Assembly (NCBI GenBank): GCA_963846575.1
Contig: CAWJWJ010000001.1
Location: 256,001 to 320,000, forward strand
Length of the DNA: 64,000 nt
Reading direction: 5' to 3'
Source: an uncultured Nitrospiraceae bacterium
Lineage (GTDB): Bacteria; Nitrospirota; Nitrospiria; Nitrospirales; Nitrospiraceae
The notes under the pieces are model-generated. The model saw nothing but the letters and a program-made list of their open reading frames with translations. It was not told the DNA's origin and searched no databases. Position 1 is the stretch's first letter. Each line of letters begins with the position of its first letter. Below are positions 41,823 through 52,903 of this stretch, one piece after another. The position numbers and the translations under genes were made by a program.

Positions 41823-42980
41823 CTACACCTGCTGTTGTGCCCGCAATGTCGTCACGAGGTCCTTCTTGGCCATCAGCAGCGCGCCCAACCCGAAGAGAAT
41901 CGTCAGCAGGGTCACCAGCCCTCCGACCACCGGAATGAGCGAAAGAATCGAATAGAGGACCAGCCCCGTCACAAACGGCCAGGTGAGCGCCGAAGGGTCG
42001 GACTGCCGACGGAACAGGAACTGTCCCACGCAGGTCATGGCATAGACCCGAGCCAGATACACGATCGGCAGGTACAGAGCGAGCAGGATGAGGCCGACCG
42101 GCATGGCAAAGAGCGTGACGAGAAAGCTGAGGGCCACGATGGGCGTGAGCACGAGCGCGACCGTGCCCCACCCGAGCGAGGCCCCCGGGCGTTCGCGTAT
42201 CGCTGCCGTGACTCTGAGGGTGAACAGCGGATAGAGCCGCAGCAGCAGCAATCCGAAAATCAACGTGGAGAGAAAACTCGCCACTGCGACCATGATGCGC
42301 ATGCCGAAGATTCCGCGACGGGCGTTCTCCAGCGACCATCCCTCCGGCAGCGGGCGGCGCAGGACCGCTCCACGCACCGTGGCCTCCTCATCGATCGACG
42401 GGGCCGTCTCGCTCCAGTATCTGAGCTTGCCCCCCACGATCGCCTTCGCGGTGAGACGCACGGACTCAGCCGCCACCGCCAGATCGCGCTCGATCTCGCT
42501 CGACAACGTCACGCGTGCGGCCCCGATCCTCGCGTCCCGGCCGATATGCCCCGCGAGTTGGACGTTGCCGGCGGCAACGAGCAGGTTTTCCTGCACCTTC
42601 GCGGTCTGCGTCATCTGGACATCCGCGCCGGCGATGGTGGCATTCCTGCCGATGGTTCCGGTGATGGTCACCTGCCCTCCGGCGATCCTGGCATCTTGAG
42701 ACACGGTGCCGGACAGCATCACTTTGCCCCCCGCCACCATCACATCCCCGTTGACCACCCCATCCACCAGCACCTCTCCGCCTGCCACATAGACATCGCC
42801 ATTGACGATCCCTGAAATCTCCACATGCGGCCCGGCGGCGAAGTAATCACCCTGGACGATCTGCCCGGGTCGTAGAACCGCCCGGTCGCTCAGTGGCGTC
42901 GTGGGATCAGATGTTCCGGCGAAGGCGATGGAGGAGAACGCGAGCCAACCCATGGATATGAAGAGTCTGACTGAAGTCAC
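41823..42980 (-). CDS. Beta-helix repeat (bactofilin-like) membrane protein
   Basis: Repeating G.V.GD..xAGG.V units followed by about five TM helices. Confidence 0.8.
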   Translation of the reverse strand: MTSVRLFISMGWLAFSSIAFAGTSDPTTPLSDRAVLRPGQIVQGDYFAAGPHVEISGIVNGDVYVAGGEVLVDGVVNGDVMVAGGKVMLSGTVSQDARIAGGQVTITGTIGRNATIAGADVQMTQTAKVQENLLVAAGNVQLAGHIGRDARIGAARVTLSSEIERDLAVAAESVRLTAKAIVGGKLRYWSETAPSIDEEATVRGAVLRRPLPEGWSLENARRGIFGMRIMVAVASFLSTLIFGLLLLRLYPLFTLRVTAAIRERPGASLGWGTVALVLTPIVALSFLVTLFAMPVGLILLALYLPIVYLARVYAMTCVGQFLFRRQSDPSALTWPFVTGLVLYSILSLIPVVGGLVTLLTILFGLGALLMAKKDLVTTLRAQQQV

Positions 42981-43459
42981 GATCTCTGCCTCCCTTCGCT
43001 GTCGGTGGTTGGTTCACTGGACGGCGCATGGCTTCTCACCGCCGATAAGCATAATTACCGCATGCAGGTGCTCATCCGGCCGCGTGGCTCCCGACAGGGA
43101 GCAGGCCAGGTTATGGGAATTGTAGGCCATATCCATTTCTATTCCCAGACCATACCCATGCAGGCCATCGCCCGTTGCGGATGCCGCACCGGTCCTGAGG
43201 CGGACCAGTCCGCCACGCAGGGGAGTGCAAGGATGGAGCCCCCTTCGTCGCCGGCAGCAGAGAGGCATAAATGCCGGAACAGGACACAAGAATCGATCGG
43301 CAGGCGATGGGTGCGTCATGACGGGAGAGGAGGACTGCTACAGCGGGAGCGAGCGGTTCTGTGGCAGAATGCGACAGGCACGTTCAACTACGCAAACCTG
43401 AATTGACAGAAAAATCAGGATCGTTCCAGCGACGGTCGTCCCGCCCATATGCCTCGTGC

Positions 43460-45178
43460 TCAGGTCCCTTCCCGGAGAGACAATAACAGCAAGTGCTTAT
43501 GACCCGGCTGCCGGAACTCCCGGATTCTCTCGACCGTCAGACCGGGGATGTCCCGGAGCGCCACGGCATGCCGCTCCTCTGTCACCACCCTGATAGTTCC
43601 ATGCTCACGCACCGCCTCGACGACCGCCTCACGGTTCGGAAGGTCCAGGAGCACCCTGTCACGCCTGAAGTAATACAACGCATCCTCGTTCTTCGGCCAT
43701 CCCGGGATATACATGAATAGCGAGGGATTGGCCCCGGCGGCCAGGGCGTTGATTTCCTCGGTGACCTTTCGCGGAGAGAAGGCCTGGTCGATCGCTGGAA
43801 AAACCAGGTTCACCAGGGTGATCATGTACGCGATCGCGACGGCTCCCACCATCGAGAGCGCCAGGTCCATGCGGGAGCGGATGACGGCATACAGGAGCAC
43901 GGCGGCCACCGCGATGATGACCAGGATGAACAGAGGAGAGACGAGATCGGGCGTGATCAGCCAGCGCTTTGTGAGGAGCCATGGCCACATCACGCTACCG
44001 ATGGCGAACAGTACGCCCAGCAGGCCCAACAGCATTCGAAGCAGCCAAGGCATACGACCCTGTCCCCCGGTGAAGGAGAACACATGCTGATAATAGTACC
44101 CGATCATCAAGCCGATACCGGGCACGAGCGTCATGAGATAGGGTTCGCGCTTGAGAGTCGCCAGGCTGAACACCACAAAGAAGCTCAGCACCCACACGAG
44201 CACGAGCAGTTCAGCCGGATGAGACCGGAAGGGCCGTCGGGACCATAACAGGAGGAACGCCGAGGGGAGCACTGCGCACCAGGGGAAAAAATCAGCCCAC
44301 ATCATCCCGAGGTACCAATAGACGGGATGCCCCCCTGGCGCGGAACCGGACGACCCGTAGCTCCACACCGATTGGAGGGCGTTGCCGATTTTGAAGTGAT
44401 GCTGATATCCCGGCCCCAGCATCTGTGCATACCCGGCCAGCATCGCCACCGCCATCAGCAGTCCGGCCCAGAAGAATCGATCCTTCACCATTCGCCCGTC
44501 ACGCCCGATCACCGCGTAGGCCGCCATGACGAGCAGCGGGAGGAAAAAGCCGTGCAGTTCCTTCAGCATCGCGCCGAGCGCCATGCTCAGAAAGGCGAGC
44601 AGATACCACCAGGACTTCCGCCCGAGCAGTTGCACCTGAATCCAGGAGAAGAGAGCCAACGTCACGAAGAAGGTCAGGGTCGAGTCGAACAACACCCGGC
44701 GTCCGTACCAGACGAAGACGTGGCTGGTCGCGACGACCAGGGCCGCCCAAAACCCCGCCGTCGGCGAAATCAACCTCGTTCCCAGTATGTAGGTCAGCAG
44801 GATCGTGCCGACCGCGGCAAGCGAACCGGGCAGGCGCAGGGCGATCTCATTGTCTCCCCACCACGAGGTGGAAAGATTCAGCAGCCAGAAGAAAAACGGC
44901 GGTTTGTTTATGTACGGCTCATTCTGGTACGTGAGGTCGAAGAATTCCTGCCTGCGCTCCATTTCTGCGGCGATGCCCGCATAGAGGCCCTCGCTGCCTT
45001 CCAGCAACGAAAAATGAAGGTGGGTAAGAAACGCCCAGGCTGAGACAAGGGCCAGCAACGCCAGTTCACTGTAGCGGCGCCCGTCGGGATTCGCCCGCAG
45101 AAAGGCCGCCATCGAATTCGAGTCAGGTGGCAACGATGCCCTTTCCGATTGCGAAGGCGGTACGTTCATGTCTGCCAT
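43460..45178 (-). CDS. ArnT/GT39-like glycosyltransferase
   Basis: EGLYA..A.EM; NKPPFFFW; ALRLPG; multi-TM; KREPY. Confidence 0.88.
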   Translation of the reverse strand: MADMNVPPSQSERASLPPDSNSMAAFLRANPDGRRYSELALLALVSAWAFLTHLHFSLLEGSEGLYAGIAAEMERRQEFFDLTYQNEPYINKPPFFFWLLNLSTSWWGDNEIALRLPGSLAAVGTILLTYILGTRLISPTAGFWAALVVATSHVFVWYGRRVLFDSTLTFFVTLALFSWIQVQLLGRKSWWYLLAFLSMALGAMLKELHGFFLPLLVMAAYAVIGRDGRMVKDRFFWAGLLMAVAMLAGYAQMLGPGYQHHFKIGNALQSVWSYGSSGSAPGGHPVYWYLGMMWADFFPWCAVLPSAFLLLWSRRPFRSHPAELLVLVWVLSFFVVFSLATLKREPYLMTLVPGIGLMIGYYYQHVFSFTGGQGRMPWLLRMLLGLLGVLFAIGSVMWPWLLTKRWLITPDLVSPLFILVIIAVAAVLLYAVIRSRMDLALSMVGAVAIAYMITLVNLVFPAIDQAFSPRKVTEEINALAAGANPSLFMYIPGWPKNEDALYYFRRDRVLLDLPNREAVVEAVREHGTIRVVTEERHAVALRDIPGLTVERIREFRQPGHKHLLLLSLREGT

Positions 45179-45686
45179 TCCGTCTATGCCGCCGACTCGA
45201 CAGCCGGCGTGACCGGAAGAGAAGACGCTTCAACCGCACGCCATGAGCGGGACTGTGCCGCCCCTTCAGCCCGGACGAGCCGTTGCCGCTGCGTCATCGA
45301 GACCCTGCGGTCATCGGCCATGCATTCGATGTGACATTCGCAGACTGTCGGCGAACCCAACTCCCCGGCTGGTGGAGCGGCAACTCGCTCATTTGACGGA
45401 GAACGAGCGAGACGCCCCGCAACTGATCCAGCGTCGCTGGAATCATCCTCGATCCTTGCCCTCAGACCAGACCGACTTATGTCCAGACTTCCGAAAGGAC
45501 CGGAGCCTGCCATAGGGATCCGGCCCATCCGTTGTCACCGCGCGCTTCTCTTTCCGATGCCCTGCCTCTCTCATCACGGCACCCTTCTGTTTGTGATTGG
45601 TCACCTGATCGTCGGACCGGGAGGAAGCTCGGCCAACTACTCTCGCGCAAAACGACGCTTCCCGGTTCGGCTGAATCTCCGCGCGA

Positions 45687-47044
45687 TCAGAAAATCCTCT
45701 CCAGTTCTCCTTTCGCCCGCGCCAGGTTGATACGGGAGGCGTTAAACCGGAACAACGCTTCGATGACATTATCCCTGGCTCGCGCCACCGAGGTTTGCGC
45801 ATTCGTCACTTCGATGTTGGTGGTCAACCCGGCCGCAAACCGGTCGCGCGCGAAGGTCAACTCCTTCTGCGCCAGATCGAATCCCTTTTGAGAGACCGCC
45901 ACCTGTTGCGTGGACGAGTCCAGCGTGAGCAAGGCATTCCGCACTTCCAGCGATACCTGGTCGGATACGTCCTTCATGCGAATCGACTCCTGGCGTACCC
46001 GGCTGCGCGTCTCCGAAATGCGGCCCTCCCGCTGTCCGCCGTCGAAAATGGGAACCGAGAGGGTGATTCCCAGGGACCGCGTCGCAAATGCTTCATCCGG
46101 TCTGATGCCGATCCATCCATAGTCTCCGTTGAGCGACAGGGCCGGCACTCGCTCGCCGGCAACCGAACTATGTGAAAGAGAGGCCAGACGCTGGCGATTC
46201 GCCTGTGCCTTGAGCTCGGTCCGGTTCTCTTGCGCAACGGCCAGGGCCCGCTCCGGTTGTTCATGGACGACATCAACAAATTTCAGGGTATCCGTCAAAC
46301 TCAAGCGGACGTCGAAGTCTATGCCCAACGTCCGAATCAAATTCAATCGCGCGCTCTCCTGATCGTTCTGCGCCACCAGCAGTCGCCGGCAGGTATTCTC
46401 CGTGGATCTTCTTCACGCGTCACGTCCAGACCGGTCGCCACCCCCGCGACCTTGCGATCCTGAGCCAGTTTGAGCAATTGCTGGCTCAACTCCAGATCCG
46501 CCCCCCTCGCCTTCACGGCTTCGTCGGCCCGCAGCGCTTCCATATACAACAATCCGACGGTCGCCATCACGTCCCGCCTGGCGACTTCGGCCTCCAGAGT
46601 GGCCACCTCTACGCCGGCCTTGGCTGCCCTCCAGCGTTGAATCAGACTCAGGCTGAAAAGGTTTTGCACGAGAGTGGCCCGCCCGTCATACACCTCGAAG
46701 GGGTCCGTGACGCTGCGTGAAAGCCCCAATCCTGACAGACGGTCCGGCGGAAGGCCGAACGCGACAAGATTAACGGTCGGGCTGCGTACGGTCAAATAGC
46801 TCGCCACGTTCGGCAACATCGCCCCCAGACTGGTGCTAGCGGCGGATTGGGCTGCAGCGATGCGCTCTTTGAGCAAACGAACATTCACATTGTTTTCAAT
46901 GGAGGCCTGAATCGCGTCATGGAGGCTCAACCGCAGCTCCGGCGGAGTTGGCAGCGACTCCGCTGCCACCCCTACCGACGCCTGCAGCAGGCCCAATCCC
47001 GACAGCGCCTGCACCATGAAGATCACCCGCCATATTATCCTCAC
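45687..47044 (-). CDS. TolC-family outer membrane protein, frameshifted near 46400
   Basis: ORFs 46343-47044 and 45687-46376 are the two halves (LSLHDAI...; LSVPIFDGG, RFAAGL); junction garbled. Confidence 0.8.
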
Positions 47045-47289
47045 GTTATCCTCCTCTCATTGAATGGCAGTGCGCGCAGCCCGCACAGTCATGAAGCCTG
47101 GATGTAGACAGGTGCACCTATGACGCCTTTTCGCGACACTCACGCGGACGCGAATGAATCTCTATCACAATCGGGAGTTGAAGCGGACTCGTGATGGTAC
47201 CGGAACGTCGGGAGGATCGGCTCACTCCAGTCACACCAAAGCAGTCTGTGGCAGAAGGCCACAGCACTGCCGGATGGATCCGGCCCCGG

Positions 47290-47815
47290 CTCAGATAGAT
47301 CAGCAACAGCGCCACCGCGAACGCAATGCCCATATCCCGAAACGTTTCATAGGTGATGTGCCATTCGCCGTCCCACTTCATGGCAAACCGCTGCTCCGAC
47401 CAGGGCTGCACGGCATAATACTGCGCCAGAGCGTATCCTTCCGGCAGGATGAACCGCTCCAGCTTCTTCGCCGATACTCATCACGCCGTAGACCGGACTC
47501 TCGCCCTTTTCCGCCCCGCTCCCCCCGACATCCGCGATGACATATACGACCGGTTTTTGATTCTTGTGGTAGATGGATTTCTCCCTGACGCTTTGCTCCT
47601 CCCCGGATGAGTTCGGATAAGGGCACCATGTGGCCCGCAGCCGTCCGGAGTGAGATTTCTCCGAGCCGTTCCAGCCCGGTGCGTTCCGTGACCGGCAGGC
47701 GCAACATGACTTGGACCGGCCTGTTCTGGTTGGGAATATGCACCAGTCCCACGTTGGTACCCTCCAAGGCCATTCGCAAAGTCTTGACGATTTCCTCAGA
47801 CGGTATCCGGCCCAC
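47290..47815 (-). pseudogene. Internal fragment of an RND permease
   Basis: VPLSEL / SIYHKNQKPVVYV.AD / [19 protein letters not shown] across three frames; truncated at both ends. Confidence 0.75.
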
Positions 47816-47930
47816 GCTCGTGTGTGCCGACTTCCCCCTGCTGACTTACACCTTGTGGAATAGGCGTGCAAGGGGAGATTCCGCCACGACCATTTTCCTC
47901 GGCCCGGAACGGCCCCTGCCCCTTCGGGGC

Positions 47931-48902
47931 TCAGAACCGGTACTGGCCGCCTACGGAAAAAATCGTGGCGCTAAAATCCCTGAGCTCGTTGGTCGAGGCG
48001 CGTCTGACATATTGGAATGAGCACGTCGCGAGCGCCGCGTCCGAGAGGTGGTAACGGAACTCCGCGATCCCCTGATGCGTGGAGTCGAAGCGCCCCAGAT
48101 GCGTATCGCCTTCGATTCCGCTGGTGAACGTCTTCCGTCGATGAACGTACGCGAGGGCGAGGTCCAGCCGGGAGGTCAGGCGATAGTCCGTGCCGACCGA
48201 CAGCATGTGCAGATAATAGGACACATCGTCCATGAACTGCGGTTGCTGCCGGCCGTCCGACAATCCGCGCTCGTACAAATAGGAGGCCGTGAGGGTCAGC
48301 CGGTTCGTGGCCTGGTAGTCGACTCGTGGGCCGACCGTCCAGAATGTCGTATCCCGTTCGGCAAATGACTCGTTGTAGAACCGGAGCCCATAACGGCCGA
48401 CCAGGGTCGCCGTCACCACGTCAGTCAGTCGTCGTTCGACTTCCGCTCTCCAGTGATGGGAGGTCACCCGCTCTTCTCGAATCGAACGCGTACCGGTTCG
48501 ACGCTCGAAATTCGGGCCCAGGAACAGGTTGGGCACATAGCGATACCGCACCAACACGGACGTATCCGGATCAAGCCGGTATCGGTCCTGGATGCGATAG
48601 TCGCCATGGTTGAGAATGGGATTGTTGGTATAGATGGCGCCTTGCGCCTTCATGGACAGTTCATTCTTTCCGGCCGATGTGTTCGCGGACTGGATGAGCT
48701 CGAGCGCCGGTTCCCAGATGACATCCCGCGATTTTTCAAGGGACACGATCGTCGGCTGCGATGGATCTTCGCTGAAGGCAAGGCGCCGGGCCGCGGAAAA
48801 CTGGAAGGCATCGTTCGTATAGCTGGTGTTCTCACCGGCAATCGCCGACCATTCAGCATGGACCGGTTCGGCCGGCCTCCAGAACATGAGACCGGCGGCC
48901 AC
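47931..48902 (-). CDS. Outer membrane beta-barrel protein
   Basis: Alternating amphipathic strands; C-terminal YRF. Start uncertain. Confidence 0.75.
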   Translation of the reverse strand: MAAGLMFWRPAEPVHAEWSAIAGENTSYTNDAFQFSAARRLAFSEDPSQPTIVSLEKSRDVIWEPALELIQSANTSAGKNELSMKAQGAIYTNNPILNHGDYRIQDRYRLDPDTSVLVRYRYVPNLFLGPNFERRTGTRSIREERVTSHHWRAEVERRLTDVVTATLVGRYGLRFYNESFAERDTTFWTVGPRVDYQATNRLTLTASYLYERGLSDGRQQPQFMDDVSYYLHMLSVGTDYRLTSRLDLALAYVHRRKTFTSGIEGDTHLGRFDSTHQGIAEFRYHLSDAALATCSFQYVRRASTNELRDFSATIFSVGGQYRF

Positions 48903-49061
48903 GACAGCGACCGAGCGGATCGCGATACCCAGCAGAACACCTATCCTGCCGCATCCGTTTCCATTGTCGACCGGTGAGAGGGCAGACGATGCGTCATGCG
49001 ATATTCATCCCGAGTCGGGGTCTGGTAAGGCCTATCAGAATTCATCGACTGTCAACGGCGA

Positions 49062-49864
49062 CTAGCTTCGGAGCCCGAGCAGCTTCGCCGCATTGATCAG
49101 GATCAAACTCACCGCGACGGTGATCGTGATGGATGCGGTGATCCGGCTTACGGTCTTTGCCGGCAACCATTCTCCCATCCGCACCCCCACGAGCATCCCG
49201 ATGCCGCTTCCAAGGAGCATGAACCCCATCAGCGGCCAGCTGACCTGCCCGAATTGCAAGTGCCCCGCGATTCCGCCGATGGAGATCAGCGTAATGATAC
49301 TCAGCGAGGTCCCGATCGCGGAGCGAACCGGAAACCCCAGGATCAGGACGAGCGCCGGAACGACCATGAATCCTCCGCCCACACCGAACAATCCGTTCAA
49401 GGCTCCCACCACGATCCCCATCCCGCCGACCTTCAGCCAGCAGGTTCGCGGAAAGCGAGTCGCGCAACGCTCCTCCGGATGGGTCCCGGCCAGATAGGTC
49501 TGCTGCCGTAGGACCAAGGCCGTTCTGACGAGTAACAAGCAGCACCCCAAGCAGGACCAGCAGAACTTCTTCCCGGAACAGGCGATGGCCGAAGGCCCCG
49601 GCCCAGGAGCCGATCATGCCGGTCCAGCCGAACGCGGCGGCGGCCTTGAGTTTGACCAATCCCTGCCGGCCGTACTCCCAGGCGCCCAGCAGCGAGGACG
49701 CCGCGACGATCATCAGCGACATCGCAGCCGCCTGCTGCATGGGAATACCGGCGATGTAGACCATCAGCGGCACCCCAAGAATCGCACCGCCCGTTCCGGT
49801 GGCTCCGAGCTGCAGGCCGATGGGCAGATCCTGCCAGGGAGGCCCGCAACCACTGCTCGATCAT
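49062..49864 (-). CDS. TauE/SafE sulfite exporter with two frameshifts
   Basis: GATGTGGAILGVP, AAAMSL, GLFGVGGGF.VVPAL, AIGTSL; shifts near 49823 and 49545. Confidence 0.8.
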
Positions 49865-49980
49865 GCCGGAATCGTCCTGCTAGCGGCCAGGCTTCCGATC
49901 GTAAGCGCACCGTCACGCCGGTCGTTCAAGTGTTTCTTCGCCCAGGTCACATTGGCCCGGCGCCATGACCACTTTTCCAT
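49861..49980 (-). CDS. 39-aa coupled ORF (MEKWSWRR...)
   Basis: TGA overlaps the tauE ATG. Confidence 0.25.
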   Translation of the reverse strand: MEKWSWRRANVTWAKKHLNDRRDGALTIGSLAASRTIPA

Positions 49981-50264
49981 CCTGCTCGCTCTTTGTCCCC
50001 GAGCGTCCCCGCCGGCCTGAACATAAGTGCCACTTCTCACATCCTGAGAGCAAGACACTCGGTTATGGATTCAGATCAGGCTGCTTGATCGACGTGACAC
50101 AGAGCAACGGGTGTCCTGTCTCACCCACCGCTTCGACGATCACCGGGCTCGCATTCCTGCAGAGGCATTCGACAAATCCCCCTGCCATCCCGGGTAATTG
50201 TCAGGTTGACATAGTCCGCGGCGGTCGGTAAGTGATAGAAGCGTCACACTAGGGTGGAGGTCCC

Positions 50265-50969
50265 ATGTTGCTCCGACGACTTTGTGCAGGCAAAGGCCTC
50301 ATGATCAGCCTCATTGTTGCATTTATCGCGATCGAGTCGATCGTGGCGGCCTGTTTCCTGAGCCTGCTCCACTTCAAGGCCTCTAACAATTGGATGGCGC
50401 AAAGTCAACATGCCCTGATTGAACTGGAACGCATGATGGGCACCGTTTCAGGAGCTGAAACCAGTCAGCGGGGCTATCTCATCACCGGATCAGATCACTA
50501 TCTCGTCCCCTATCGGGATGCCATCGAAACCATCGATAGCCACGTTCAGCGCATCGGGAGCCTGACCAGGCACAATCGGACCCAGCAGGATCATGTGGCC
50601 GTTCTCGCGGACCAGGTGAGCAAGCGATCCGACGAAATGGATCAAGCCATCGTCACGCGTCGCACCCAGGGGCTTCCCTTTGCCAAGTCGGTTGTCGCGG
50701 TCGCCGAACAAAACCGCACAATGGACATGATTCACGCTATCGCGGGGCAGATCCGCGAGGAGGAAACCCGGATGCTGCAGGCTCACCGGGCGGACTCGGA
50801 AACCTGGGCGCTTACCACCGGGGCCTTCACCGTGGCATTTTTCCTCGTCACCGCCGCGCTCTTCGGGTTATGCGCCCTTGTCATGAACATGGCTCTCTCG
50901 AGCCAGTCGCAAGCCGAACGTATCCTGCAAGCCCTCTCGCATCCTTCGACGGCGCCGCCGACGACATAG
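50265..50969 (+). CDS. Stand-alone CHASE3 membrane protein
   Basis: TM, AETSQRGYLITG...YL.PY, MD.I, TM, short tail; RBS GGAGG. Confidence 0.85.
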   Translation: MLLRRLCAGKGLMISLIVAFIAIESIVAACFLSLLHFKASNNWMAQSQHALIELERMMGTVSGAETSQRGYLITGSDHYLVPYRDAIETIDSHVQRIGSLTRHNRTQQDHVAVLADQVSKRSDEMDQAIVTRRTQGLPFAKSVVAVAEQNRTMDMIHAIAGQIREEETRMLQAHRADSETWALTTGAFTVAFFLVTAALFGLCALVMNMALSSQSQAERILQALSHPSTAPPTT

Positions 50970-51130
50970 CCCTCCCGTGTGAGGACCCGAAGCTATTTCC
51001 GGCGTTCAAAAATGTTCGCTCCCCCTGTCGCTTCCGTGGAAGACCGAGGCTTCCCTGTTGTTCTTTTCACTGCTCGAACCGCTCTGTTCGCCCGCCGAAC
51101 GAACCGGTGCGCCGCGGGCAACCCTTCTGT

Positions 51131-51607
51131 CTAGGTGCGCGCGAGCACCACGGCAGACAGCAGCACAACCAGCGCCAGAATTAATGAGAAGCGGGGCAAC
51201 AGCGCCGCATACCGCAGCAGCAGACCGTCACCAGCCGTTCGTTCCATCGCTGCCTTGCCGAGTATCCGCCTGACCTTGGGCCCCAGCAGGAGATCGTGCA
51301 GGAGGGTCAAGCTGAACAAGACCATGACCAGTGTGATCTTGGCTGCAAAGACCGCGGGCCATGTGCGAGGCTCCGTCAACGCGATGGAACGTCCGTCGGC
51401 GATCATCAAGCCGGTGCCGATGAGCAATCCCATCGCACCCCACACGATGCCGCGGAACCGATGGGCCACCGTTCGAAACAGTGCGGCGTGCTGAGCGAAC
51501 TGTCCCCCTCGCCTCAATACCGGCACCAGCACAATCGAGAGGAACATCATGCCGCCGATCCAGGCGACCGTCGCCAGAAGGTGAATCCATACCACCAGCA
51601 ACACCAT
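51131..51607 (-). CDS. DUF4149/CopD-like membrane protein
   Basis: WIHLLA..AWIGGM.F; K..LV; LHD...GP. Confidence 0.8.
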   Translation of the reverse strand: MVLLVVWIHLLATVAWIGGMMFLSIVLVPVLRRGGQFAQHAALFRTVAHRFRGIVWGAMGLLIGTGLMIADGRSIALTEPRTWPAVFAAKITLVMVLFSLTLLHDLLLGPKVRRILGKAAMERTAGDGLLLRYAALLPRFSLILALVVLLSAVVLART

Positions 51608-51847
51608 GCCGTCCTTTCTGGTCCGTCATGCGCGGCAATGTCTTCGTGATGAGGAAGGGTCTGCAGGGCGTCGGTCATCAGGGACGGGGAATGAAGAACA
51701 GCCGGGTTGCGGTTCCCTTCGAGACCCGCGTTCTGCCCGGATTGTGTCAGAGAAGGATCTCCACGACGTTTCCGCCGGTCGATGAAAGCCGCCCGCCCAT
51801 CGGTTATCCCGGCATGGTGAAGGCACGACCGCTGCCTCGGGACCCGG

Positions 51848-52804
51848 TTATTCGGGCTCGTCGACGGTTTCCTGAACGGTGCCCGCGGACAGGCCCGACA
51901 TGGTCGCCAACTTCTGCGTCGCGTCGGTGATACCCTGAGCGCAGCGGAATCCGATCAAATAATTCCAGTGGTCCAATCCACCGGAATTTCGTCCGGCTGA
52001 CCGGGCCACCTCGGGATCTTCATTCCACGACCCTCCTCGAAAGACTTTGTCGTGCCCCGTCGCAGGCCCCTGCGGATTGCGGTTCTCCTCCCGCCGGTAG
52101 TACTCCGGATCGAACCAATCCGACACCCATTCGCTCGCATTGCCCGCCAACTGATAGACCCCGTAGGGACTCACGCCTTTGTCGTATCGATCCACATTCG
52201 CCAGCGGAGGGTACCTCACGCCGCGTTTGGAACCGCGATGGGCAATATTGCTTTTACTCCAGCCGGCCGATTGATTGCCCCAGGGAAACATCCGGCCATC
52301 CTCGCCGCGCGCCGCCTTCTCCCATTCGGCTTCGGTGGGCAGACGGGCCCCTCTCCATCGGCAATAGGCATCGGCCTCGCGCCAGGACACGGCGATCACC
52401 GGGTGTTTCGCCATCCTGTCCGCAAACGGTCGTCCTCGCCAATACCGGGGCCAGGCCGCTCCGGTTGCCAGCACATATCGCAGGTAGTTCACGTTGCTGA
52501 CCTCGAACCGGTCGATCCTGAAGCGGTCGACATACACCAGATGCTGCGGCTGTTCCTGAGGGCCGGCGGCTCGATCCATCCGGGGATCGCTCCCCATGAG
52601 AAAGTTGCCGCCGGGAATCCGCACCATGCCTCCCGGCACCTCCGTCAGGGCAAGTCGCTCCGCCTCATCGAGCGATGACCAGAGCGGCGGCGGTTCGCGC
52701 AGGGCGTGATTCGCAGCTGCCGGACCAACCGCAGTCAGCGAGCCCAGCAGGCCTATCGCCGCTGCCGTCGCCCGCATTCGTCTCATGGGCTCGCTGCGCG
52801 TCAT
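51848..52804 (-). CDS. Formylglycine-generating enzyme-fold secreted protein
   Basis: FLMGS, HPV..VSW, RLPTEAEWEKAARG, GNASEW, RGGSW, GFRCA. Confidence 0.9.
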   Translation of the reverse strand: MTRSEPMRRMRATAAAIGLLGSLTAVGPAAANHALREPPPLWSSLDEAERLALTEVPGGMVRIPGGNFLMGSDPRMDRAAGPQEQPQHLVYVDRFRIDRFEVSNVNYLRYVLATGAAWPRYWRGRPFADRMAKHPVIAVSWREADAYCRWRGARLPTEAEWEKAARGEDGRMFPWGNQSAGWSKSNIAHRGSKRGVRYPPLANVDRYDKGVSPYGVYQLAGNASEWVSDWFDPEYYRREENRNPQGPATGHDKVFRGGSWNEDPEVARSAGRNSGGLDHWNYLIGFRCAQGITDATQKLATMSGLSAGTVQETVDEPE

Positions 52805-52903
52805 TCGCCCCTCGCCATTCGCGAGGCATTCTCGCCCGTCGTCAGTGCCCGGTTGCCCATGCAGTCTCAGGCGCAGGCACTCCCCATCCTGAACTCTTCC
52901 TGT

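Noticed and set aside
40627..42339. 570-aa MlaE as given in the ORF track
   Set aside because: The upstream extension overlaps the real 41823-42980 gene; the likely start is 41748.
45184..45575. Possible ORF between TolC and the glycosyltransferase
   Set aside because: No recognisable domain and inconsistent frames; cannot be supported.
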